Below are positions 10,108 through 19,894 of a stretch of DNA of 64,000 nt, one piece after another. The notes under the pieces are model-generated. The model had not been told where the DNA came from. It saw only the letters and a list, made by a program, of their open reading frames with translations, and searched no databases. The stretch is from positions 86,239-150,238 of IMG/VR virus record IMGVR_UViG_3300043028_000007, one strand, 5' to 3'. Position 1 is the first letter of the stretch; the number at the start of each line of letters is the position of its first letter. The stretch is from a virus. Position numbers and translations under genes: made by a program.

Positions 10108-13100
10108 CTATTCTTTCCATTTGGCCGAAATACCATGAAGCTGTATGGTGCTATTTGGTTCATTATTAGTTATCCTTAACTTATAAGTTGAACCAGCTGG
10201 TAATACCTCATTTTCTGTATAATAAGGAGCATCTTCTGGAAGATCTATGAGCTGGTCTTCGTTACCAGTAAATACGAATATAACTTTAGCTAAATTAGTA
10301 TTGCAATTTAAGGTAATATTGTTTATCTGATCTGTATTAATATGAGAGGTATTGTGATTAACTTCTATAGCTTTAATAACCGCTTCTTGAAGTGTATTCT
10401 TAATAGGCTGTATAAATGTACCAGAACCATCGTTATATAACCAGTTATTATTTTCATATTTAACAACTAGTTCTCTAGTACCTGTATCTGTAACTAGATT
10501 ATATGTTAATCCATTATCTTCACTTAGAAGACAGGGTATATTATTTATATCTGTTCCTGTAATAGCAGGTAAGATATTACCTAAGCCAGTATAGTCTACT
10601 TGTACTATAGATTTAGTTTGTTCGAAATCGAACTGAGGTGTAAAGATACTCAATTTATCATTAAGATAATATTGCCCAGTATCTCCACCAAAACCATATG
10701 CTAAATTACCATGTGTGAGTATATTGGTATCGACAAGTTGTCCAAGTGTATTTATGAGATTATCATCTACGATAGCTTCCCATGTTTCAGTTTTTCTATT
10801 ATATTTCATAGGAGTAGTATTAGGAGAACCATCTGAGAGAACTCCTCCATATAAGTAGATATTATCTCCTATATTAAATAACTGATGATTAGAGACTTCG
10901 AGATTAGGAGATGGTAATTGTTTAGTTGTTAGAGGCTCTAGGTTATAGATAATAGTATCCTTATTCATAGAAGCTTCATTATCATCATTAATTTTTCTTC
11001 CTCCAAAAACATATACTTTATTGTTTATAATTTCATATTTGGCAGAAACGATTTTTTCATTTGCTTCACTAATTACTTCCCAGATATTTTCATTTGGAGA
11101 AAATCTATATAATTTTTTATTATAAGAATCACTTGAATCTATACCATATCCCATATATAAATATTGGTCATCGGCAAATATATTTGTACCTTTTAATTCT
11201 TTAGGTGGATAAGCTTTTTCTACAAAACCTAGTTCCGGATTATCTAAATCGTACTCATATAAGTTATATAAAGTAGTCAAATCGGTGCTCTGAAATGGCT
11301 GAGCATAATAAAAATATAACTTATTACCTATATTACGCACAATAGTGCCGTAATATCGAGTATGTATATCGGCAAATGGGAGATTGGCTACTACATCTAA
11401 TGCCCCAGTAACTGGGTTTAGTCTTAATAATTGTAGAGGCTGCGCAGCATGACCATTTACTATATATATGTAATTATTTACCGTACAACTATAAGGTAGG
11501 TATAAGTAATAAGAACTATATGTCACTACGATACTTGATGTTTGTGTATTAAGATCAAATGATACTATATTTTGACAATACCACTCCTTATATCCACCGA
11601 TTATATATATGACGTTATCATGATAGGATATAGAGTGGCTACGTCTAGGACTACCAATATCGTTAATTAAACAAGTCCATTTAGAAGCGGAATTGTATTT
11701 CCATAAATCAGATAAAATTTTCGACCCACTGGGGCTAAATAATTGTAAGGTACCAGGTTCGTTAATGTATTCATGGAAATCAGCTCTAAAATTCGATATA
11801 ATTGGTAACTTAATGTCTGTAATAGACCATTGGTCATTTATTGTATCATATCTATATATTTCTCGTCTAGAAGAACCATCATTCGTGTTTAGACCTCCTG
11901 CTAAGTATATAAAATCTCCTTTAGAAAATGCTACGCAATTAATCAAAGGTATATTAAGATTTGCTCTAACTTGTACTGTATTATTATTTACATTTATACG
12001 AACACACTCAGTTCCTGTTAAAAAATATATATAGTCATTGCATTTAACAGAACAAGCTTTATGGTATACGCTACTTAATCGATCTATTTGTGTCCATTGA
12101 TCAGTTATTGTATCGTATATCAATAAATAATTGTTAGGGTGTGTATTTATATATATTTTATCATTATAACTATATTTAGCATAAGCTACAAATAGTGATA
12201 TAGGAGCATTTGTACATCTAGTAAATTGTCCGGTAGAAATTTTATAAATACCGCAGGTATTGGTTCCGGAATGAATAAATATCGTATCGGTATCGTGAAA
12301 ATGTGTCCATACCAAAGCATTATTGATCCAAGATATATCGTATATTTTATCTTCTTTAACTGACATAAATTTATCGGTATTTTTATTGTGTTTATAGATA
12401 AATATATCAATTGATTGATCTGATGAATTGAACTTATAATTTAATAAAAGAGTTTCAGTTTCATTAATTTCTTTCATATATTTACAAGCCATACCTTCTG
12501 CTGGCAAAGTTCCTATCTTATTCCACTTCCAATTATCGGTATCTAACTCCCAAATATAATTAGAACTAAATAATGACTGTCCTCCATGTATATAGATATC
12601 ATCGTTATTTTTAGTTATACCAAAATTTTGTCTATTATCTACTTTATAAGAAATATAATCCATATCCGCATTAGTTATATCTATATACCCAATCCCGCTA
12701 TCTATATAACTATACTTCTTATCGATTCCACCAAACCAATAAAATACTTCGTTATTATTAATCAATACAGATCCTTCATTAGCAATGCCATATTCAAGCA
12801 AAGACCAACTATCTGAAATAGGATCATATTCTTTTAATTCGTTCTCAGCTCCGATATCTGTTATACCACCATATATTACAAGCTTGTTGTCTTTAACTAA
12901 ATAAGAACTATTCGCTTTACCAACTACATCGGATGTTTTTTGTACCTTAGTCTTAGTGATAATATCATATTCCCATATTTCAGATAAGTACCCGGAATCA
13001 TCTCTACCGCCATAAATATATACTTTATCGTTAATAATACCTATAGATATTTCTGTACGATATAGTCCTATACGATCATAAAGTTCCCATACATCGTTTG

Positions 13101-15267
13101 TTATATTGTATTTATATATAGTGTCTAGAAAAATCCCATTTTCTTCACCACATATGAAATATAATTCGTTGTTATATATAAATCCTCTATGTCCTTTTAA
13201 CTGAGGGCCATCAGTTAACCTAACCCATGTTTTATCAACTAGGTTAAATTTCCATAAATCATTTAATGTACCATTATCTCCATAGCCACCATGTATATAT
13301 AGAAAACCATTGCTTTCGTCAAATATAAACGCTGCTTGTTCTCTACTATTCAATGGACCATCATACTTATCCCATTTTATCGTATTGAAATCAAAAAACC
13401 AAAAATCATTCAAATACTTTTCGCCATCACTACCTAATCCAATAACAAAATAATTATTATACTTTACACCTACATGATTATATCTTCCTTTAGGACCATC
13501 TTCAAGTATTTCCCAGTCTTTATATTCCATTTCCCAAAAATCATCTAAGTTCTTATTTAGGTCTCTACTATGACCACCTTGAATGAACATAGAGTTATCT
13601 ACTTTAGTAGAAGCACCATAACTTCTTTTAGGTATAGTTAGTGCTTTAGTATCTAATTTATCTAGTTCTGTATCATATATTTCTATGCCATCTACATCTA
13701 CATAAGACCCACTATCATCATTCTCGCCACCTAAAGTAATGATCTTATTATTTATAGCTTCTGATACATGACCCATTCTGTTTTGCATTTCAGCTTTAGT
13801 AACATCTACATAATTTTCACCATCGAACATATATACATGACTTACTATAGAACCATCTCTTTTACCAGCTATAGTGTAGAATTTGTCTCCTACAGTTACT
13901 CTCTGAGCATAGTTGGTATTGTGTTCTGTAACTGACTTGCTCCAAGTTTTAGTAGCTATGTCGTATATATACTGATGGAAATTATTTTCATTACCATTAT
14001 CCTTACCACCATAGATATATATCTTGTCTTGAAGTATAGTTGAAACATGTCCTTTAAGTCCGATTATATCTAAAGGCGTATTCTTTATTTCCCACCCTCT
14101 GTCTATATCTTGGACATAATTAACTATTCTATTATCTGCTTCATATTTGAGAGGATAAATATGTCGAATACCATAAGTACCTTTAACTAGTTCACCGATA
14201 AATTCGACTGTATCGTTACTAAGTATTTTGGTTATAATGATACCTTTTCCATTAGTAAGTACTATGACATTGCCTATGCCGATATTAGTATTGCTGGCAT
14301 CGAATCTACACATCTTATTCGACTCTATAACTTCAATGTTGTTAACGTTACCTTTTCTGTCATCCAGAACAATATTCTTCACATTAACTACATTTCTATT
14401 AAGTTTCTTATCGAAAGTAGTTTCTCCAGCAAGGTATTTATAATTAGCACATATAAGGCTATTAAGTTCTTTGTCCAAATAAGCATAGTTGACTCCACCG
14501 TCTCTACTTACTTCGATGAAGACATTGTTTTCTACATCTTCGATATCGCTTAAATCTACTCTAAGTAAAGTTCTTGAAGAAGTAATATTATCAACTTCTA
14601 AACTATAGATATTTGAAGATATCAACTCACCTTCAGATATACTTACTCGATTATTATCGGTATCTATAGTTACTCCCGTACTATTATCTATATCTACTGA
14701 CTTATTATCTATAGTTGTATCACAAAAACCATACGGCATCTGCTGATAATTTATCGTATCTTCATCTAGTTCTTCTAATAGAAGCTTACTTAGAAGATCG
14801 ATCTCTTCATTGCTAAATGGAGACGCATTTGAAGTTAAGATATTGTCCGTTTCTTCTTTAGTATAGAACTCTTCATTATGATTATGTGTTATATTTGAAA
14901 GACCTACCAATATATTAGTAAGATCTTCCATACTAACTAACTGCGATATATCTAGAACACCAACGACGTAGTTAGATCCAGAAGGACTTACTACGAGGAG
15001 TTGGTTGTTATTAGTAGAATCGTTGAGTATCTCATCTTTAGGAAATACTGTATCATAATAATTGCTTATATCTTCAATGGAAGCTATGTCCCAAAAAGGG
15101 TCTAAGTTACCTATTAGATTAACACCATCTCCTTTATAAATACATCTGGAAACTGTATCATATACCCACATACCATCGGGTACCGGAATATTAGGATCTG
15201 CCCAATCTGTATTCACATGATTATGGAAATGCTGTACGATGGCATTGATATTTTTAATTTCAGCCAT
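10108..15267 (-). CDS. Giant Kelch-repeat putative tail fibre/virion appendage protein, 1719 aa
   Basis: Same N-terminal module (VPDGMWVYDT...YKGDG), HNH and VSRDGGVNY; Kelch repeats from about nt 14060 to 10630. Confidence 0.8.
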   Translation of the reverse strand: MAEIKNINAIVQHFHNHVNTDWADPNIPVPDGMWVYDTVSRCIYKGDGVNLIGNLDPFWDIASIEDISNYYDTVFPKDEILNDSTNNNQLLVVSPSGSNYVVGVLDISQLVSMEDLTNILVGLSNITHNHNEEFYTKEETDNILTSNASPFSNEEIDLLSKLLLEELDEDTINYQQMPYGFCDTTIDNKSVDIDNSTGVTIDTDNNRVSISEGELISSNIYSLEVDNITSSRTLLRVDLSDIEDVENNVFIEVSRDGGVNYAYLDKELNSLICANYKYLAGETTFDKKLNRNVVNVKNIVLDDRKGNVNNIEVIESNKMCRFDASNTNIGIGNVIVLTNGKGIIITKILSNDTVEFIGELVKGTYGIRHIYPLKYEADNRIVNYVQDIDRGWEIKNTPLDIIGLKGHVSTILQDKIYIYGGKDNGNENNFHQYIYDIATKTWSKSVTEHNTNYAQRVTVGDKFYTIAGKRDGSIVSHVYMFDGENYVDVTKAEMQNRMGHVSEAINNKIITLGGENDDSGSYVDVDGIEIYDTELDKLDTKALTIPKRSYGASTKVDNSMFIQGGHSRDLNKNLDDFWEMEYKDWEILEDGPKGRYNHVGVKYNNYFVIGLGSDGEKYLNDFWFFDFNTIKWDKYDGPLNSREQAAFIFDESNGFLYIHGGYGDNGTLNDLWKFNLVDKTWVRLTDGPQLKGHRGFIYNNELYFICGEENGIFLDTIYKYNITNDVWELYDRIGLYRTEISIGIINDKVYIYGGRDDSGYLSEIWEYDIITKTKVQKTSDVVGKANSSYLVKDNKLVIYGGITDIGAENELKEYDPISDSWSLLEYGIANEGSVLINNNEVFYWFGGIDKKYSYIDSGIGYIDITNADMDYISYKVDNRQNFGITKNNDDIYIHGGQSLFSSNYIWELDTDNWKWNKIGTLPAEGMACKYMKEINETETLLLNYKFNSSDQSIDIFIYKHNKNTDKFMSVKEDKIYDISWINNALVWTHFHDTDTIFIHSGTNTCGIYKISTGQFTRCTNAPISLFVAYAKYSYNDKIYINTHPNNYLLIYDTITDQWTQIDRLSSVYHKACSVKCNDYIYFLTGTECVRINVNNNTVQVRANLNIPLINCVAFSKGDFIYLAGGLNTNDGSSRREIYRYDTINDQWSITDIKLPIISNFRADFHEYINEPGTLQLFSPSGSKILSDLWKYNSASKWTCLINDIGSPRRSHSISYHDNVIYIIGGYKEWYCQNIVSFDLNTQTSSIVVTYSSYYLYLPYSCTVNNYIYIVNGHAAQPLQLLRLNPVTGALDVVANLPFADIHTRYYGTIVRNIGNKLYFYYAQPFQSTDLTTLYNLYEYDLDNPELGFVEKAYPPKELKGTNIFADDQYLYMGYGIDSSDSYNKKLYRFSPNENIWEVISEANEKIVSAKYEIINNKVYVFGGRKINDDNEASMNKDTIIYNLEPLTTKQLPSPNLEVSNHQLFNIGDNIYLYGGVLSDGSPNTTPMKYNRKTETWEAIVDDNLINTLGQLVDTNILTHGNLAYGFGGDTGQYYLNDKLSIFTPQFDFEQTKSIVQVDYTGLGNILPAITGTDINNIPCLLSEDNGLTYNLVTDTGTRELVVKYENNNWLYNDGSGTFIQPIKNTLQEAVIKAIEVNHNTSHINTDQINNITLNCNTNLAKVIFVFTGNEDQLIDLPEDAPYYTENEVLPAGSTYKLRITNNEPNSTIQLHGISAKWKE

Positions 15268-15343
15268 TTGATTCTCCTCATATGTTGTTAAATAAATAAA
15301 AGCTTAGTTTAGTTATAAAATAACCAGATTATCGTAAGAACAA

Positions 15344-15374
15344 ATATATGTCCTAGGATCCCTAGGACATATAT
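15344..15374 (-). terminator. Terminator-like hairpin
   Basis: atatatgtcctagg-atc-cctaggacatatat. Confidence 0.65.
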
Positions 15375-15381
15375 CTATATC

Positions 15382-15612
15382 TTAATTCAAACTGACCATC
15401 GTAGCCTTAGACATATCGTATCTAAGATTATCGTCGTCATCGAAATACCAGTTATTAGGGTCCTTATAAAAAATGGAATGGATATTTTTAGTATGTATAA
15501 TTTTGCGATTAGTTTTATTTTTATCTTTTTTAGATCGTTTATTTATTCTAAAAAAATAAGAGCTTACCCAAACTTTATTGTCTTGAAGTTCAGTATCTAT
15601 AATCACATACAT
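15382..15612 (-). CDS. Hypothetical protein (76 aa)
   Basis: AAGGAG SD, in operon with the upstream gene. Confidence 0.6.
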   Translation of the reverse strand: MYVIIDTELQDNKVWVSSYFFRINKRSKKDKNKTNRKIIHTKNIHSIFYKDPNNWYFDDDDNLRYDMSKATMVSLN

Positions 15613-15622
15613 AATCTTCTCC

Positions 15623-17506
15623 TTAACTATATATTAGTATATGCCTTACATTTAGGATACCTGCTTCTGTATTAGGATCTACGTTAGTCAAAAGTCTTAA
15701 TTTGATAGTATTGTCGTCAGTATCTCTAAATAGTTCGCAGACTATAGAGGCATCTTCTCCATTATAAAGAAAATCTACTGTACCTGTCTTATTCTCATTT
15801 CCCGGTATGAACGATATGTCCAGAGGGAATAAGCCATTATCAGTACTAAGCTCTAATCTACACTTATGTATAGTTCTTATATCAGTATTATCACTAAGAT
15901 AATGATCAACGAATATTTCTTTAAAACCTCCATGAGGTCTATTTAAAGGAAAAGCTCCTGCATAAATAAGATATCCTCCTTTAAAAGGTATTAGCGATTC
16001 ATATGATCTACTATCTGGATTATCTGTACTATAGATGTGTTCAGTATTTGGCAAGATAACGAAATCGTCTTGTGGTTCTACTATTTCACCTGAGCTAGGA
16101 AGAAGTTTCCAACTAGACTCTTTTCCAGACATATCTTGTATACCAATTCTCTCTTCTGTCAAATTATTTAACTCAAAACCAAACTGTAAGATTGCTCCTG
16201 AATTACTATCGGGATTCTCGTTCCAAATTACTCTCATCCTTGGTCTTATGATAGTATCAATATCATAGCCTTCAAGTGGTACATATCCCTTAGGATAATT
16301 TTCACTCACTACATTTAGTGTCATGGGTTCAGTCGGATTATGTAAATTAACATTAACCATGATATCGAACATGAATTTAGTATAATGAGTACTTATTCTC
16401 AAAAACATCCTATCGTTAATAATAGGATCTGGGCTACCATCTACTGTATATAGAGTAGCTATATCGTACCAATGTATCTCATTATCATTGGCCACTAATT
16501 TATGCACAGCAGATGCACCACTAGTGACATCTCCATAAGATGGTTTATTTTGATTTAATATACGCATTTGATTCTCCAAGCTTGTTATTTTATCTAAAAT
16601 GTTCTGTATTAAAGACGAAGACGATAAAGTATCGCTAGTAAGAAAAGACGATGACTTTAAGAATTCTATTACATCATTTAATTTATCATCTATAGTTCTT
16701 ACATCCTCTACAGACGGATCTCCTCCAAATGCATGGTAATCGATTTCTATATCGCCTACATAATCTCTTGACATAACTACATAATCATAAACTGCATCTA
16801 TAGAAGACGTTGTACGAGTTTTATTAAGATTAAACCCAAGAAAAACATAGTCTTTTCCATAAACCAAAGGATCTGGATTATTAACCATGCGTATATTAAA
16901 TCCTTCACCATTGTAAAAAGATCCTCCTAGTGGTTTAATATATTTTCTACCTTCTATGGTATTTACCGTATGTATTTCTCCAACAACTCTATTTGATAAT
17001 ATATTTTTGTCAGTATCTAATGGAAATAGTTTAGGTGATTTATATGTAATCGCCAACGAACTTTCAACGTTCTTAGTAATATGTTTAAGATAATTAATAT
17101 CTGTTATCATACTTGCTAATAGGTCTGGGTTAAATTCTAGTCTATTTCCATAAAACATAGATTGTTTTACATTTACTGGATATAGTTGTTGGTAGGAGAT
17201 ATTTACATATATCTCTGAAACAAGTGTTTTGGTTATAGTTATACTTTTTACCAAAGTCTTATCGAAGTCTTTGTCATATGCTTTCAATTTAGATATGATG
17301 GTGTGATCGATATCGTCTGGTTGTATTTCCCAATCAATATCCTTAATCAAAGGCGTATTGAACTCATCTATCGTTCCTATATGAATAGTGTCTGAATATA
17401 CAGGTATATCAAATTCTATTTTCTGATTAGGAAAATGTAACACAAAATGATTATTATCGCTGAGATAATTTATATCCTCAGCTGTTAAATCTGGATCATA
17501 GTACAT
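15623..17506 (-). CDS. Putative virion structural (baseplate/tail) protein, phiKZ-like
   Basis: FPLDTDKNILSNRVVGEIHTV...P.GGSFY resembles repeats seen in phiKZ-like baseplate proteins; structural-gene context. Confidence 0.5.
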   Translation of the reverse strand: MYYDPDLTAEDINYLSDNNHFVLHFPNQKIEFDIPVYSDTIHIGTIDEFNTPLIKDIDWEIQPDDIDHTIISKLKAYDKDFDKTLVKSITITKTLVSEIYVNISYQQLYPVNVKQSMFYGNRLEFNPDLLASMITDINYLKHITKNVESSLAITYKSPKLFPLDTDKNILSNRVVGEIHTVNTIEGRKYIKPLGGSFYNGEGFNIRMVNNPDPLVYGKDYVFLGFNLNKTRTTSSIDAVYDYVVMSRDYVGDIEIDYHAFGGDPSVEDVRTIDDKLNDVIEFLKSSSFLTSDTLSSSSLIQNILDKITSLENQMRILNQNKPSYGDVTSGASAVHKLVANDNEIHWYDIATLYTVDGSPDPIINDRMFLRISTHYTKFMFDIMVNVNLHNPTEPMTLNVVSENYPKGYVPLEGYDIDTIIRPRMRVIWNENPDSNSGAILQFGFELNNLTEERIGIQDMSGKESSWKLLPSSGEIVEPQDDFVILPNTEHIYSTDNPDSRSYESLIPFKGGYLIYAGAFPLNRPHGGFKEIFVDHYLSDNTDIRTIHKCRLELSTDNGLFPLDISFIPGNENKTGTVDFLYNGEDASIVCELFRDTDDNTIKLRLLTNVDPNTEAGILNVRHILIYS

Positions 17507-17521
17507 ATATATTTGTCCTTA

Positions 17522-18124
17522 TCAAGGTTGTAGGTTTATTATAGTTTGTTCATATGCATTGACAAGAGCCTTTAAGCGATTGACTTCTTCTATAAGTTTT
17601 AACTTATCTGCATAATGATTATTGACGTTAGTTATATTCTCTTGTCTGTTTTCTTCTATCTGATCATATTCTGCTTCAGTCATCCAGACAGACGATAACT
17701 CATATAACTCTGGATCTATATCTATTCCGGTATTTGTTAATATCTCTTGTTTTATATGATTCTTTATCCAATCTACTTTATCTGCATCATTATAAATACC
17801 AATATCATACACCAACGCTAATCTCATATACTCATGTACATTTGGATTAGGTAGCTTAGAATAGAAATAATCTGTTACATAGATTATATTTTCTTCGTCT
17901 TCTACATCCTGTAGTTTATAAAAATAACTATCTTTAATGTTGGGATAATCCGTTTCAAATTGTGTTTCGTCTAAATTAGCTTTCTTATACGTATCTATTA
18001 TATTGACACCATCGTCAATATATGTCTGTAGTTTTGCCATATTTAAAACGACATATATACCATCCAGAGAACTGTATATAGGTTTAAATATGAACTTACA
18101 TGTTTCTCCTACATTAGGTATCAT
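17522..18124 (-). CDS. Conserved jumbo phage protein with C-terminal coiled coil
   Basis: 200 aa, overlapping start/stop with the upstream gene. Confidence 0.55.
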   Translation of the reverse strand: MIPNVGETCKFIFKPIYSSLDGIYVVLNMAKLQTYIDDGVNIIDTYKKANLDETQFETDYPNIKDSYFYKLQDVEDEENIIYVTDYFYSKLPNPNVHEYMRLALVYDIGIYNDADKVDWIKNHIKQEILTNTGIDIDPELYELSSVWMTEAEYDQIEENRQENITNVNNHYADKLKLIEEVNRLKALVNAYEQTIINLQP

Positions 18125-19482
18125 GAGTATATTGTCCTATTGTAACTGTCTTCAGTTATAACCAAGAATTCTAACCTATCTACTATAAAGACTAAGAAAT
18201 TTCTACCATCTATAGTTTCTACTGCTAATTCTGAAGTAGTGGATAGTCCTAAGGCTACTGGTAATATTTGATTTAGTTTACGACTAAATTCTTTTGTTAA
18301 AGGCGGTTGATAATTATAAGAAGATTCATGTGTTCCGTAATATTGGTACAATGGATGTCTATCTGAAACTTTTGTATCGGATATATTAGATGGGTCGGGT
18401 ATTATACCAATAAGCGATTCTATATAAGCAACCGATATCAGTTCCATATTTTCTATTATATAGTCTCTATTAAACTCATACATAACCTTACTTAGTTTAT
18501 CTAATATTAACGATAAGCTAATCAGAGAAGATCTGGTAGTTCTATTAGGTTCTTCTACTTCATAGTCCCATATTGGTATGACATAAAATCTACCATCTAT
18601 AAATAGATCAGGTAATCTGGATTTCCAAGTAGGTTCGTCTGCAAGATAATAATCGAGTTCCGCTCTAATAGCATCTCGCATCTCTAAACTAGATGGCATC
18701 CTTCCTTTATAAAGTATAGCAAAAGGAACTTCATATAGTCCTTCGTCTGGTGTTATGTATTTAGTCATAAATGTAGTATAACCAGTATGGTTACCTGAAC
18801 TTATTTTTGGATTCAACTTACTAGAAGTAATACTAAATACTCGATTGATAGCAGCATATATATTCTCTATACCAGACGGATCTAATAGATCACTTTGAGC
18901 CATAGGGAATATAACTTCTGTTATATGGGACAAAGGATATTCGTTTTGGAAAGACTCATTATTTATCCATAGTTTAAAATCGATTATATGTCCATTTATA
19001 TCTATAGAGAACTGAACCCATTCCTCAATATTGCACGATGTTTCTGCATTATCATAAATATAAGCCTCATTAGTCTTTACACTTATCTCTAAACTATTTG
19101 GAATATAGTTACTAAAAGAGTCATTGTCATTAACTAATTCATCATTAAGTTCATCTTTAGTAAAATTAACTGTACGATAAAATAAAAATTCAACTATATT
19201 AAAGAAACATTCTCTATAAGTCACGTCACTATTTCTTATATGCTCCAAAATAGAAGGATCTATATTAGACTCATCTTCGTCCCATATAAGCTCCATCTTT
19301 GAAGTTAAAGGTTCAGAAAACATATGTAATCTAGTAGTTCTGGGATCTTTTAAATTATTAGGTTTAAGGAAATAACTATATTGTTCTCTTTTTAAATAAC
19401 CATGTGTAATAAGACTATCTGTAGTTAGTATGCTATTGTCAGTAGGTACAAAAGCATTGTCGAGTATGAAACCATATATCAT
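18121..19482 (-). CDS. Putative virion structural protein, phiKZ-like
   Basis: 453 aa, AAGGAG SD; W...PDLF...FYVIPIWD segment reminiscent of conserved jumbo phage virion proteins. Confidence 0.5.
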   Translation of the reverse strand: MIYGFILDNAFVPTDNSILTTDSLITHGYLKREQYSYFLKPNNLKDPRTTRLHMFSEPLTSKMELIWDEDESNIDPSILEHIRNSDVTYRECFFNIVEFLFYRTVNFTKDELNDELVNDNDSFSNYIPNSLEISVKTNEAYIYDNAETSCNIEEWVQFSIDINGHIIDFKLWINNESFQNEYPLSHITEVIFPMAQSDLLDPSGIENIYAAINRVFSITSSKLNPKISSGNHTGYTTFMTKYITPDEGLYEVPFAILYKGRMPSSLEMRDAIRAELDYYLADEPTWKSRLPDLFIDGRFYVIPIWDYEVEEPNRTTRSSLISLSLILDKLSKVMYEFNRDYIIENMELISVAYIESLIGIIPDPSNISDTKVSDRHPLYQYYGTHESSYNYQPPLTKEFSRKLNQILPVALGLSTTSELAVETIDGRNFLVFIVDRLEFLVITEDSYNRTIYS

Positions 19483-19561
19483 TTTAAATATACTCCTTAT
19501 TTTAGTGTACTATTTGTGTAGGATATTTATAATATCTTGGATGCGAAAACAAAAAAATAAT

Positions 19562-19580
19562 GGAGAACCTTTGGTTCTCC
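19562..19580 (-). terminator. Intrinsic terminator
   Basis: ggagaacc-ttt-ggttctcc followed on the minus strand by a T-run (aaaaaaa at 19551). Confidence 0.75.
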
Positions 19581-19597
19581 TGATCTATATTATAAAC

Positions 19598-19753
19598 TTA
19601 ATTACGTATACATACATAACCAAGTTTATTATCTGGCTCATAACAATAGACCAGGTAAGATCTTTTGTTATGTGTTTTGAAAATATTTGAAGAAAGAAGT
19701 TTCTTTATATCCTCTTTCTCCGGTTTTTGTTTTATTGCTGGCTTGATATTCAT
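19598..19753 (-). CDS. 51-aa early protein, not in ORF track
   Basis: MNIKPAIKQKPEKEDIKKLLSSNIFKTHNKRSYLVYCYEPDNKLGYVCIRN; SD AAAGGA; has its own promoter motif and terminator. Confidence 0.7.
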   Translation of the reverse strand: MNIKPAIKQKPEKEDIKKLLSSNIFKTHNKRSYLVYCYEPDNKLGYVCIRN

Positions 19754-19797
19754 TTTGTTTCCTTTCTTTATAGTTTATATTGGTACTACTCTACTTG

Positions 19798-19808
19798 AGT
19801 AATATATA
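19798..19808 (-). promoter_or_regulatory. Early promoter motif
   Basis: agtaatatata = TATATATTACT on minus. Confidence 0.6.
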
Positions 19809-19847
19809 CTCAAGATCAATTGAACTACATTAAAGGAAACATACAAA

Positions 19848-19882
19848 AGTATATGTAGGGAGCAATGCTCCCTACATATACT
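19848..19882 (-). terminator. Terminator hairpin
   Basis: agtatatgtagggagc-aat-gctccctacatatact. Confidence 0.75.
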
Positions 19883-19894
19883 CTATTTTACGTA

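Noticed and set aside
1543-15267. Kelch repeats as a sign of eukaryotic or giant-virus DNA
   Set aside because: The genes have SD sites and phage fibre modules and lie among chimallivirus core genes with similar base composition
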